Of a stretch of DNA of 64,000 nucleotides, positions 42,001-55,385 are shown in pieces. The stretch comes from Adineta vaga (Eukaryota > Animalia > Rotifera). The translations under genes were made by a program, and so were the position numbers. The DNA is taken from contig CP075493.1 of the NCBI GenBank assembly GCA_021613535.1, positions 2,604,001 through 2,668,000 on the forward strand, given 5' to 3'. The notes under the pieces are model-generated. The model ran no database searches. It was given only the letters and a program-made list of their open reading frames with translations, and was not told where the DNA came from. Each line of letters begins with the position of its first letter. Position 1 is the first letter of the stretch.

Positions 42001-42294
42001 ATTGAGCCTCGCTACTTAAGTTGAAGTTAAGTGTTGAGTGGGATGATTTAGGTGAGCAGACTGAACATCGTAGGTTCCTTTTTTTATCATTCTATTAACT
42101 TTTTATTAGCGTTCCTATCATAAAAAAATAAGTTCACAATATTCGTTATTTATATAATTTCTTTCTCTTCTCTTCTTTCTTTCATTCTATATATTTCTAC
42201 CTATCGTCATTATCATTTCAATAAGAAGCAGACTAACATAAGAGTCAAGCGTCTGGTACTAACTTAACTATTCCATTATCTACTATTAAAAACA

Positions 42295-42682
42295 ATGAAT
42301 TCAAAAGAAACCTATCATTTTCGTAAGATTAGATTTTCTTCATTTCAAAAATTCAAATATATATTATATTTCTTTCCCTTTCATAGCATCAATCATTTTT
42401 TGTTTGACAATTCTTTTAATATTTATTCAATGTTCAACAACTCAACCATTATCGGCAAATGTACAGAATTATGATGATATTGGTGGCCATGCAATGTGGT
42501 TTCGTCCATCCTTCGAATCGGAAATGATTGATAATGTCGATGAAAGTGATTCTCGACCAAATTTTTTTGTTGTACACTCGGCATACAATCGTTTATCTCA
42601 ACCAACATCATCTGAACCTGTTCGACGATCAAATTTCTGGAAACGAGCGAATTTTTGGCGTAAACGTGCCAATTTTTGGTGA
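42295..42682 (+). CDS. Neuropeptide precursor with three tandem xNFW peptides; 2 exons (42295-42322, 42387-42682)
   Basis: MNSKETYHFPSIIFCLTILLIFIQCSTT signal peptide, acidic pro-region, C-terminal RR-SNFW-KR-ANFW-RKR-ANFW*. Confidence 0.8.
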
Positions 42683-43859
42683 GAATATTTTCTTGCATAG
42701 ATACAATGCCATGTATTGTTTTCAAATTTTAAAATAAAGAATAAACATCCGAAGACGCTTTGAGATATGCAAAGAAAATACCTTGAATACAGTATATATG
42801 TATACACATAATTCAAGTAGGTCAAATGATCTTCTTCTAATCGATCTTATGCCAAATTGTATCTACTATTAAAACAATTATGTACTTTGAAAGTTTTTTC
42901 TTCAGTGAAATAGTTCTCATGTATAGAGATGTAAATAAGCATGTCAAAATCTACATAGAAATCAAGACAAAGCATCTTCAAGCCTACGGTAACTATTTTC
43001 TTGAGATAAAAGGGAAGACAGATATGTCATTCAAACTCGCTGACTTTGTTACGTATTATTCCTTTCATCTTATTAGTAATATACTTTATGAAGAACCATT
43101 TCAAAAAGATCTAAAATTACTTTAGAACACAATTAGTGAAAGTTACAAAAAATACTTATACTTTATTCTATAAAATGTAGATCTCATACTTTGTAATGAA
43201 AGATTTATAAGTATATTCGTTTGTATGTATTGAAGTCACATGCTCGACAATTTGTTCTTTGTTTAGCAGAGGAAATGAGTCGCATTTCTTTTTTGATGTT
43301 CGTATGCATGTAGATAAAAAAAGATAATATTCAAAAGATCATGATTTTCGTGATTGTCTACTAAAAAAGGTTAATAATGTGTGTCAGATAGCATGGAACC
43401 TCTCTGGAAATGATGAAAGATTCTTTACAACTGCATTGAGAATCTTTTTTGACGAGAAAGGAAGGATCGTTTGTTTTCTATTTTATTTATACGCAAAGAA
43501 CAAACGATTTTGTTTGAAAGTAGTTCTATTTTCTGGCATTGTAAAAATGAATTGAAGCGAATACTAGGAATTTTATCGGGTCAAATCGAAATGGCAAATC
43601 AAAACAATTGCATCATTCAGTGTACATCCGTATCTCCATGAATCATTGCTAATGTTTATAAAGAAAAATAAAAGTGCTATTGTACAAAGAAGTATTAAGA
43701 TGAAGTGATTCATCTTTACGAAAATCTTATCCTCATTTCCTTAAATTAAAAAATCAAAAACCTACTGAGTAGGCAATACATAGTAACGGAAGAATGATAA
43801 TATTTATATAACACAAGAAGAATTAAGAATTGGTTTTTCCAAAAAACTCAGGAACCTTG

Positions 43860-44000
43860 GCAGCAACGATGTATTCTAAAAGTTCATGATGTGGGAAATA
43901 GCTATTTTTTTCGAAAGAAATAGTGAAGCATTGTCGTTTTATCAAAAATAGATTTAGATGTTCAACAAGATATATTTTTTGAAGATCATCGAGACAAGTA
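43860..44000 (+). pseudogene. Degenerate TPR-repeat (kinesin-light-chain/NPHP3-type) gene fragment
   Basis: Broken frames read HDVGNSYFFRKK / SEALSFYQK* / LDVQQDIFFEDHRD, resembling the 42-aa TPR consensus IGxxY...YxEALxxYxKALxIxxxxLxxxHPD; stops and frameshifts present. Confidence 0.4.
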
Positions 44001-44741
44001 TTCTTCTTTGCAATCATCATATCGACACCTATCTGATTCAAAAGCACTATACCGATGGAGAATCTCATGTTCGGTAGATTATTACTTTAGTAGTCATTGA
44101 GAATGCTAATAAGTTGAAAGAAAATATTCATTATGCCGGAATGTTTTGAAGAAATATTTTAATAAATCATTTCCATTGTAAACATTTCTTGTTCTCCAAA
44201 TTTTACCTTTAATTTTGCATTTAATCATTGTAGAACTAACCTTTCTCACTATAACTATTATCTCATTATTTATTAATGAATTGTTTGTTTTAATCATTGA
44301 CATCAGTTTGTAGAACAAAATGATTTTTAAAGAATCTTTTCATATGAATCATCATTAACAGATTGATAGAATCTATTGTACATACACACATCTGTCATAT
44401 AACTCTGACTCTTCGTCTTCATATCCTAAAATTTCCAATATAGAATTCGAAGTATATATAGTCAGTAATTTTCGTCCTGGGACATTGACAATGTCCTATA
44501 ATTGATGAAAGCATATTTCTAATCAAATTACTCTAAAAATATTCCTAATATGAAATCCTCTAACAGATTTATTTATCTTTTTTTAATAAGATAATGATAT
44601 TGAGATCCAGATCTGTTTTTATTTGTTCGACTATCTGGATAGAATAGCATACAATCTAAAAATAACGTTTTTTTTTGTAATTAGATAAATAGCAAACTAA
44701 AGGAACATATTAATACACATGTATTTCTAGAAAGAAAAATA

Positions 44742-47119
44742 TTATTTCATAACAATGGTTGAATTTCTTTGTTGTTGTTGTTGTTGTTGAGAAGATTTAT
44801 TATTTGATGATGATGAAATATTTGATACTCGTGCTGCTTTTCGTAGTAAATGCCAACAAGCAGCACGTTGTTCACCATTGATAACTTCACACCAATGAAT
44901 GATTTCGCTATGTTGAGATATATTAGCACTACTAATCGGTGAAACATGTTCAAAACGTAAGAAACCTAATGGTTCATCAGGTGCAATTAAATCATGATGA
45001 TAAACACCTATTTCAAGAGATGATTCAACTAAAGATACACCTGGAATATTGAATGAAATTTCTTCATTCCATTTTGGATTTAATGTATTACGTTTAACTC
45101 TTGTTTTTTTACGTTTAACCTTATCTGTTTGACCTAATTGTAAAGTTAAACGTACAACTGGATCTAATCAAAGGAGATTTTCGATTTACATCGTTAGAAA
45201 CAATTTGAACAAACCTGCTTCAAGATGCATCGAAAGTGCTTTAAGATTTCGTCCTTCAATAATACCAACATTAAGTCTTTCAGCTTGAGGTAAATATGTT
45301 AATGAAACTAATAATTCACCGAGATATTCATCTTCCTAAATGATGAAAGTATACTCAACTTTAAACTAAAATTAATGTTCTTACTGCTCGTTGTTTATTA
45401 ATCGTACACCAAAGATCATCATTTGCACGTAATGTTTGTGATGTTAAACGTAATTGTGCTTCACCGATACATTCCGGTCGACTTGAATGTGCATAATTAT
45501 AAATATAAAAATATAAAGTTTTTGTTGATTTTAATACTGTTTCATTTGTAACACCAAATTTAAAACATTCATTCCATATGGGATTTATTGTTGTTGTTTG
45601 AACAGATGTTTGCCGTAATTTTTGATCAATAGGTGGGCGAAGATAAATTTTAACATATGGATTAGATAAATCTTCACGTTCAACTGGCAAACATCGAGCT
45701 AAAAGAAAAGAAAATCATTCTATTATGATTAAATAATTTCTCTTTTCATCTAGACCTTCAATGATATTTACAACAAGATCATTCCGATGTTCATCATAAT
45801 GAATACGAATATGTAATCGATGTAAACACTCTCCAACAGTTGAAGTATCATCATTTAGTCGTTCTCCAGTCGTCGTACTATTGTTAGAAATCGTCCTACT
45901 GTTTCCATTACCCTTACTATCCATAATAGTTGAAGTGTCTGTAAAATAGAGATCAGGCATAATTGCTCCCAATGCACCACGAAGTGTTTTATTTTTACTA
46001 AGCTGAGAGATTGATTGAGGAATAATTGGTGGAGATAAAAGTCCTTGATCCATTGGTATCATGGAAGCACGTGGAACAGGATTAGATTGTTTTCCAATAA
46101 TAGGAAATTTCGGTATTGCATAACGTGATGATGGTGATCGAAGTAATGATTGACGTCGATTTGAAGTTGTGATTTGTTGAGATTCAACTTTTGTTAATAA
46201 ACGTTTTGATGAACCTAATAAGGCTTCTTCAGTACCTCCGGATGATTGTTCAACCGATGAAATTGATTGTTCTACAGCATCGGATGAACGTGGAAATAAT
46301 TGAAATCGAATATTTTTCGAATTATTTGTCACATGTGAAGATGATGCATGATTTTCATTTTCTAAAGACGATAAACGTGGTGTAAGTTTCGAACTACGTC
46401 GGTTAGAATAATGTGCTGAAATTGTTTGAGTATCTGTATCTTCATAGGAATGTGATAGTCGACCGGGTTCACCTTTTTTAGGTAGAAGAACACTATCAGA
46501 TGTTACCGATGGTCGACCTGATTGATTTGAACTAATCGATAGACGAGATAATTTGTCGGATAAAATCGATAGACGACCACCGGATGCAACTGAAGTACGA
46601 GCAGATTGTGATGTTGTTTCTTGTGTAATAATTGATGGTTGTGGAATAAGATGAACTATAGGTGCATAGTTCTAAACAATGAAATTAGATTAATTGAAAG
46701 GAAAAGAAAAGAGAAGGTGAATTAATAAGACATATTAGATATCATTTTCAACAGAAGAAAAAAGAATAATCTTACATGTCAAGTTTCTTTTTTTGCTATC
46801 TTTGACAAAATCATCTAAGCATGTTTATTTGCCTGTAGAATTTCAATGAATATCGGAAACTCTACACATTATGATTCGATAAATAGAGAACTCCTACATG
46901 AAAGAAATTACTCACGAGATGTTGTTGTGGTTTAAAATATGTTTTTGCATCGATATTATTTATCGCAGCATAGTGACTAACAGATCGACCAAAATATCGA
47001 TGATTTGCTGAAGGTACACAACATTTACAAAAGATAATTGTTGCAATAATAATTATAATAATTATAGAACCAGCTCCGATACCAATACCAATATATAAAT
47101 CATAACGCGATGTAAGCAT
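44742..47119 (-). CDS. Synaptotagmin-family protein (N-terminal TM, long Ser/Arg linker, tandem C2 domains); 5 exons
   Basis: TM IGIGIGAGSIIIIIIIATIIFCKCC. C2A: LHIRIHYDEHRNDLVVNIIE|ARCLP...NPYVKIYLRP...NPIWNECFKF. C2B: YLGELLVSLTYLPQAERLNVGIIEGRNL...KKTRVKRNTLNPKWNEEISFNI...ACWHLL. Confidence 0.85.
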
Positions 47120-49085
47120 GATAGCATTGCGCTTATTATTTCAATTCTTCAAAAAGACAAATGAAATTAATGAGAAGAAAAAAATTCCTTATTATCCTAT
47201 ATTCAATTAATGGCAGTTAATAATTTCGATCATATGTAGATGACAGTATTTGTGTGTGTTTGTTAATAAGCTTTTTTCCTTCACTATTATCTTTCTTTCT
47301 CTTATTTTGGTAATGATCTGCGAGTATGCTCATCGTTATTTCAATTCGAAATGAAAGAAGAGAAGGAGAAAAACTATTATCATCATCCGTCATATAGATG
47401 ACAACGAATAATGATTTGAATATTTCTCAACATCTATCCACAGCGAAAGACACATTTCCTCAAACAAGAACAGAAGAAATTATAGACGATACGATGATAG
47501 TTTTATGTCGAGCTAATAGTTACCTGTCATGTTTCATATGCACGAAAAAAAAATAACTTAGGGGTATGATAATAAATTGACGTGCATTTATGTTCATCAG
47601 ATGAACAGGTTGTATTTATATAAAATTTATAGTTGAATGACAAATGTAAAATAAGTTTCTCTCTCTCTCTCTGTTTCTTTCTCTTTTTCCTTTTTTGTTT
47701 CGAAATATGTTAAAGCAACGATGCAAAAGTACATTAGATTTCTTTTTCTCATTATCTTATTTTTCTCTCTTTCTCTCTTTATTATTATCAAAAGAATAAA
47801 TCTAAGATGAATCTCCTTCTAATAGAAAAAAAACCGTGAAAAAGAAAAACAAATTCTCGTTTAATAATAAAAAAAAAGAAGAAATGCAAGCACGTATGAC
47901 TTTTTTTCTTTTTTACGTTTGTTTTTCTTGATATGAATGTCAAGAGAGAAATTACGAACTATAGTTATTCACAAATAGTCAAAGTTATTCAATTGAATTT
48001 ACTTGTTAGCAATCCATAGAATTTAGAATCATCATTATCATACGCAATTCTCGCTATTCAATCAATGATAAAGAAAAAAAAGAAAAGATTTTTCTATTCA
48101 TTAAAGATCATTATCATGAATGAGGAAAAAAGACTAAGAAATGAGATTTGCATTGCTCGTCTATATGTCTAGATTTCATCTATTTTCCTCCAGGAGAGAG
48201 AGAGAGAGCGAATGTATTTGGAACAATGAAAATGTCTCTTACTGATTGTGATATGTCATAGCAAGCTGAGCTTTCACGCACACACACTTAAAGTATGGGA
48301 GAAAAAACCCAACCAACAACCACCAAGCTTATTATTTGTCATCGGAAACAAGATAGATATACCATATACATGAAATAAAAATAATTATTTTATATCAGCA
48401 AATCTCTATAGTTTCATAATTTATCTAATTTCTTTCAAGTATTCTTTGTTCTAATTGCTCATGACTCCGTTCAATGACACTTAGATTTATTCATGAAGAA
48501 AACATCTATGATTTTATTAAAAAATATTTCATTCGACATTCTCTATGATAATTTTATATGTTCATTATAATTATGTTTGAAAGAGTACTTCTTCTGTTCT
48601 TGACGTTTTTCTTTTTCTTTTTGAAAATTCTCACTGTATCGTCTATTTACTTTTATGTATTCACTTCAATTCAATCGTATACAATGTTTGAATCGTCTAT
48701 ATTCTGTGTCTATAAAAGACAAATCATTTTGACAACATTGTTATCTTGACTTCATTAGTCTGTCATAATACACTTGATTCCGTTCATTTTTTAGTGACCG
48801 AGATATTGAACTTAATGGGATTGACAGAAACGATCGAGCAAGCAACAATTATGCATATGTCTCTATGTATGTATATGTGTCCAATCAAACAATAAAATGA
48901 GAGAACTGACACAAATATTTTAACTCTGTCTCTCTTTCTTTTTTCTTTCTTTGTTCAAATGGTTACCTAGCATTCGACAGTATATGTATACATATATATA
49001 TACGTACATACGTTATCATCACACGCTTATTTTCAAGCACATTTTATTCTTTTTGTTCTTTACGTTCAACAACTACTGAATAAAT

Positions 49086-50009
49086 ATGTTCAAAAAATTT
49101 CGAAATCAGAGTGAAAATAAGCATATGAAAATGAATGATTCGGCATTAAGAGATATTATTCCATCTGATGATGTCTCTTTTATCGAGGTAAAGTTTTTTT
49201 TATTGATACATGCATATAAATAAATAAGATAATATTTTACATAGGAATCACGACAACCACGATTATTGAAAATATGTAAAATTGTTCTAGCTATTCTTAT
49301 TTTGGGAGTTGTTGCAATTGGAATCGTTCTATTAGCATTAATTCTTACATGTAAGTTCTTATTATCTAATTATTTATTTTCGTCAAACTTTTTCTTTTCA
49401 GATTCAGGAAAATCTTTTCTAAATTTTATCTTACAATCATCAGGAATTCAATTCCTATCCTCATCAAATACGACTATTCCTCGTGAAAGTATGTTCATTA
49501 CCACATATATATATATATATATATTTGTTCAAAATTTATTCCTATCTGTTTAGATTTAACTCGTCTATCCGATAAACAAGATTGGTCAAAAACATCTCTT
49601 CTATCATCAACAAGTGCTAGTTTACCAATTCGTACATTATCAACCAATACTCCATCAACGAAACTGGATCCAATAACAAATGAACAATCAACTTCAATTA
49701 CTTTTCAGACAGAAATATTATCGACAACAGTAAATGATCAAGTATATATTACCACATCATTAGAAAAAAGAAAGACAACTACTGATTCTCTGACGTCAAC
49801 ATTTCTCAGTACAAAAAGTATGATCTAGATTTTTCTTCCCTATGACTTATATTATTATCTCTTCTTTAGTTCAAGATCACGAAACAAATTCATTTACAAA
49901 ACTTTCATCAACTCCAAAGATCTCAACAAAATCTTCTAGAAAACTTATTCAAGCAAATTATAAAAAACTCGTCGAAGATGATATCATTGATGATCTTTTA
50001 TTTTCATAA
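49086..50009 (+). CDS. Hypothetical single-pass (type II) membrane protein with Ser/Thr-rich mucin-like ectodomain; 5 exons
   Basis: MFKKFRNQSE...SFIE|ESRQPRLLKICKIVLAILILGVVAIGIVLLALILT, then S/T-rich exons joined by ~55-nt GT-AG introns; ends EDDIIDDLLFS*. Confidence 0.7.
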
Positions 50010-50704
50010 TATATATATATAGATAGGATGTTTGAATCAAAATAATAATAATAATAAATAACAAGAACAAAGTAGCATAGAATATCTTTTCTCTCTCTCT
50101 TTCTTCATTTATAATCAAATACAAAATCATTCATTCATTTATTGTCTTTTGTTAAACATTCAACATTGAATAAACCTGAAATTTACTCCATAGGACATTG
50201 ATTTCTTCCTTTTCTTTTTCACAATTCAGAAAATATTATTAATTTATCATCCATTGTTTGAAGGGAAAAAAGATAAAAAAAAAAGGATGAAGAATGTTGT
50301 TTCATGGTACAGGATGAAGAACGCGATAGGATCGACGTGCTAAAATGAAAGAATAAATATATATTTTTCCTCGATTAATGACCATTTCTTTTTTATTTAC
50401 AAAATGTATCTTCTAAAAGACGAAAAATATTTCATAGTCTTTATCATTTATACAATATTCCAATAGAATGTATTTAAAACTGGATAATATCAGTAGAAAT
50501 ATGTTTAAATTGTCTAGCAAAAAAAAAGAAAAGAGAAATTTCGTATCCCATATTTCATATCTGTTTTTTTCCTCATCTCATCGATAACAGTTATTCAACA
50601 AGTATGTATTGAAAATAAACTTGGCTTTGTGTGTAATTTAGAGCTGTAATCATGAGTGAAGAACATTGATATAATTGATTGATTTTCTGTTCTAAAGATT
50701 TATC

Positions 50705-52992
50705 ATGTCGACGAAAAAAGTCGAGAAAAAGAAACAATCCGAAGAAAAAGAAATTGATCTTGAAGAATATGAATATGTAACAATACCACCGGATGGAGGT
50801 TTTGGTTGGGTTATTGTTTTAGCTGCTATGGTATTTGTATTTGAAAATATGAATATGAAATTTCGATCTTTTATTTGTATAGCTTTGTAATCTTGTGTGT
50901 GATGGTACATTATTTGCTTTTGGTACCATGAAACTTTATCTTCAGAAGCATTTTAAATGTAGTGATATGGTTATTCTTATGGTTGGATCTATTCCATGTG
51001 GTGTTTATTTACTTGTTGGTATGATTTAGTATTTTTTTTTTAAAATTATAAATCTAGTATTTTAATATTCATAATCGTTATTATTAAGGACCAATTGTAT
51101 CGGGTTTAGCAAATAGATATGGTTGTCGAATAATAATTATTATCGGAAGTATTGGTGCATCGATTTGTATTATGTTATCAACACTTTCACGTAATGTTTA
51201 TGATATGATAATTATTTATGGTATATTTGGTGGAATCTTCTTCGGCATGATCTACCTTCCGTTTGTAGATTTATTCTTACCTGAAACAGATGATTTTAGT
51301 TTTTCGATGTTTTAGATCAATAGTAATGGTATCATTTTATTTTGATAAAAAACGAGCAATTGCAAATGGTAAATCAATTCGTTATTGATGGCATTGAAAT
51401 TTTTTGTATTGAAAATATTTCACTATCTAGGATTAGTTACAGCAGGAACAGGTATTGGTGGATTATCATTTGGTCCATTGGCTGAGATCGTTATGGGAAA
51501 ATTTGGTTGGCAAATTGGCATGCGTATATTTGCTGGTTTGATGTTATCCTGTATTCTATTCGGATCAGTCATGAAACCATTAAAACCACAACGAGTACCA
51601 ATAAAACGAACACTAATAAAATCAAAGTATGTATTATCTATCTAGACTTGCATATATTCATATTTTTCACAGAATTCCAATCGAAAGTCATTCGGAACAA
51701 TCACCATCATCAATAAAATATCAATCAAATGCCGATGATCCATTTGAGGTAATAACAAATGTATATATATATATTTTATCTATCATGAATCTTTTTTTCT
51801 TCATTTTCAGACATCACCACCAACATACGATAATATCTTTTCTAATGACGTCATCAGTATACCTCAAACTGATGACATGCATTCGAAAGGAACACCAAGA
51901 GATTCGCGTATTCGTCATGTATCAATGTCAAGTCGAACATCAATAACATCTATTGGTGAACATCGATGTGGTGTTTCTGATCCAGAAAATGCTGCTCGAC
52001 CATTATATAAAAAAGATGCTTTATTTACTGGATCGAAACAACAACTTCATCTTTCACATACATCATTACATAGCAATCCGTATATATCCTCGGTGACAAA
52101 TATTCCGGCTGCAATAAACGAAACAAAGAAAAAGCAATCAGCTCTACGAGCATTTGCAGATATTCTTTCTGCAATGACTGATTTATCAATATTGAAAAAT
52201 AAACAAATGTTATTAATTTGTATTGGAAATATCTTTTCAATGTTAGGATATTATCTTCCAATCATGTGTCTTATTTCATTTGCAGTCAGTGATAATGGTG
52301 TTAAAAAGGAAATTGCTCCATATCTTATGACAATTTTTGGTAAATATAAACGTTGTTCTTTTCTAATCAAAATAAAACTTTTGGAAATTCATCATTTTAG
52401 GTGCTGCTAATACAATTGGTCGATTTGCTAGCGGACCTATTGCTTTAATTCCTCATTTTGGTGCTCGGCGTGTTCATAATATACTCTTATTTGTTTTTGG
52501 TATTTTGACAGTTTTAGTAGCTTATGCATATGATTTCACAACATGTGCACTCTATGCTGCTTTCTCTGGTTTTGTTATTGGTATGAAATATTAAATTGAT
52601 ATGAATTCTGAATTGTTTTCTTTTAAATTTAGCACCACATATGGCCCTTTTGCCAAGTGTTATATGTGATTGTGTTGGCATAGAACGTTACACCACAGCT
52701 TTTGGTGTTCTATGTCTATTTCGTGGTGTAACATCCATGATTGGACCACCTGCTGCAGGTTTGTGTTTGTTTGTGTTTTTCCAATAAGAATTTCAAAGAA
52801 AAAATTTCTTTTCTTTGTTCAATAGGTTATATAAAAGATTTTACTAAACGATATGATTTATCATTTGTTATTGGTGGTACAATGATAATCATTGCAGCCT
52901 TCTTTCATTTTGCCCTATCATTTGTGGAACCTGAACGTTTACCAGAAGAAGAAGAAGAAGAAGAAGAAGAAGAAGAAGAAGCTCATGTTTAA
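50705..52992 (+). CDS. Monocarboxylate transporter (SLC16/MCT family); ~10 exons
   Basis: IPPDGGFGWVIVLA (SLC16 signature), GPIVSGLANRYGCR, YFDKKRAIANG, ARPLYKKDALFTGS, FRGVTSMIGPPAAG. Confidence 0.93.
52945..52980 (+). repeat. (GAA)12 coding microsatellite, poly-Glu C-terminal tail of the MCT
   Basis: Twelve perfect GAA units in frame before AHV*. Confidence 0.95.
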
Positions 52993-53168
52993 TCCTTTCG
53001 GTTTAATGAATGAATTCTAAACAAACAGAAAATACAGTACATTTAAAAATTAATTAGAAGTAGTTTTTGTTTTCTTGCATGTTGTTTGTTTGTTTGTATG
53101 TTCTTCTATGAATGAATACTTGATATAAATTCAAGTTCTTAGAAAATAAAAAATGAAAATCAAGAATG

Positions 53169-55385
53169 TTATGCCAAAGATTGTTGTTCCGATAAATATT
53201 TAAATTCCATTGAATTTGAATGGACAACGAGAGAATTGGATAGTTCATTTGTATCGCCATTGGGAAGTGGTTTAGATTGTTTTCTAGAAGATATTTTCTT
53301 TTGAATATGTGCTCGTGGAATCTGTGTATTCAATGTTGATTCATCTGTTAATGTTAGTGTTGTTGTTTGAGTATTATGAAAGAATTTTTTCCGTAAAAAA
53401 ATAAATCGATGATTAAAACAATGTGTAAATAATTTTAAAAATTCACGACGAAAATCTTGCCCACTTAATGTATACAAAACGAAATTCATTGCATGTTTAG
53501 TATACCATAATGCTTCGGATACATCAATAAGCATTTGTATATTTGGTGGTAAACCACGATTAATATTTTCATTTAAAGTACCTTTTCGTTGGGTTAAAAT
53601 AAGTGGTGAATAGAGAATTTTATTTACACATATGAATATAACTGATGGACAGGTTAAACCAATAAATGATAAAGTTACCGAAGAAGCATAATTGTTAAAC
53701 GTTGATGTCGACGATGTGAACGTTTTCGATGTTGTTGAAGACGACGATGACTACGCATAGTAAATGATATAATGCCAATATTAGTAAAGCAAAGTAAGAG
53801 AAAAGGTATGAGAGCAACAAGTAAAATATCAAAGATAGGAATATAAGTACGAAAGAAATTATCAAAGCCAGCACTTGGTACACAAACAAAGAAGGAGGGT
53901 GTTTTAAAACGAAATAATTCCGATGGAAAATAATTTGTTGAATTATGTACATCGGATAATGAAGTTTCATTTGATGATGCAAGAAAACGATATAATAAAC
54001 GACGATGATCAGATGTGTTAAAACCTCCTAATGTCATCGATCGACCTAAAACGAAAAACAGAAATTTCCTATATTTCTTTTCACGTTACAACTTGATTCC
54101 ATGGATTCTGTAATTATATTCACTTGTTTCTATAGAATACGGTACTTAACACAAATATTAACGAAAAACAGTACGACTAATAATCTCTTTGGTACTAAAT
54201 TATTATTATTTTTATCTTATCTGATGTCATAATAATGAGCTTATTCAAATATTTTCAATGAAATTTTCTCATGCGGACATATACATTCGATGACAGACGA
54301 TAGAGAGTATTATTGTATCGCTCAGATAAACTTCCTGGATAAGTATCATGTAAGGTACGTCATTACTACTTTCTTTTCTTGATGAAAAGGTTCGAGAGCA
54401 TTAATTTATCTCTTTATTGTTCTTTTGACACGCATCAAAACTCTGTAATGATATCGCATACAATTTATCTATATATCGTATGAAAATTATATACGATGTT
54501 ACGTTTTATCCTTACTGAAAACAATAAATCTACGACGTTTATTCTTTTTCTTTTGAACTTCATATTCTCGTAAACGTTTCATTTGTGAAAAGTATCTCTT
54601 TTTGATGTGTGCCTTCTAATACAAAAGTATTAAATTCTTATAACAGACATGATTTATTGTAATACCAGCGTTATTGTTTCAAATGAAAATGCCTGAGGTG
54701 TTGTCACTATCATCATCATCATATTTGCTTTAGGATTCAAAAAATACAATATGACTGACTGATTTTCGTCTAAACTGCTAAGAGGTTTATATCCGTTCGC
54801 ATCGCGTCAGAACTCTCATCAAAGCGACTAATCAATATATTTTTTTCTTCTATTTATTATTGTATTCTTACCTAATATAAAGAAATAATAAAGATTACAT
54901 ATTGCCACAATAGCAATAAGTATACTTGTTGAACAAAGTACTCGATTAGCATATCGACCATGTCGTCGATATAGACTTGTAACCATAAAATATCGATCAA
55001 AACTTACAATAACTAACATCCATGAACCCATATGTGCAAGTGCCGATGAAAAAAATGTTAAAAATCGACAAATCCATTTGGATGTATTGAATATTGGTGA
55101 ATCACGAAATAATTTATAAATATGTCGACTTGAACGCATAACAATAAATAAAATATCGATAACAGCAAGAATAGCTAAATATTGACAAGTTGAATTTTTA
55201 TTAAATTTTTTACTTAATAAAACACGTAAACATAATGCATTGCCAATTGTACCCCATACGAGTAAACAAGGATAAAAAATACGTACAAGAAAGAATCGTA
55301 AATCAAAGACAAATGGTGTTTGTTGATGGGAAATGATTTCATCATGATGAACAGTATAATTTTCGATATTTGTAATGTTCAGCAT
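53169..55385 (-). CDS. Rhodopsin-family peptide GPCR, paralogue of 14431..15606; exons 54872-55385 and 53169-54045; 1-nt frameshift at ~53681
   Basis: Shares LVRIFYPCL, GTIGN, STCQYL, VSFDRYF, NIGII, RLTIMLL and ALWYTKH...NFxLYTLSGQDFRREF with GPCR 1. Restoring one T gives MLLSVTLSFIGLTCPSV, in frame with ORF 53169..53534. Confidence 0.85.
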
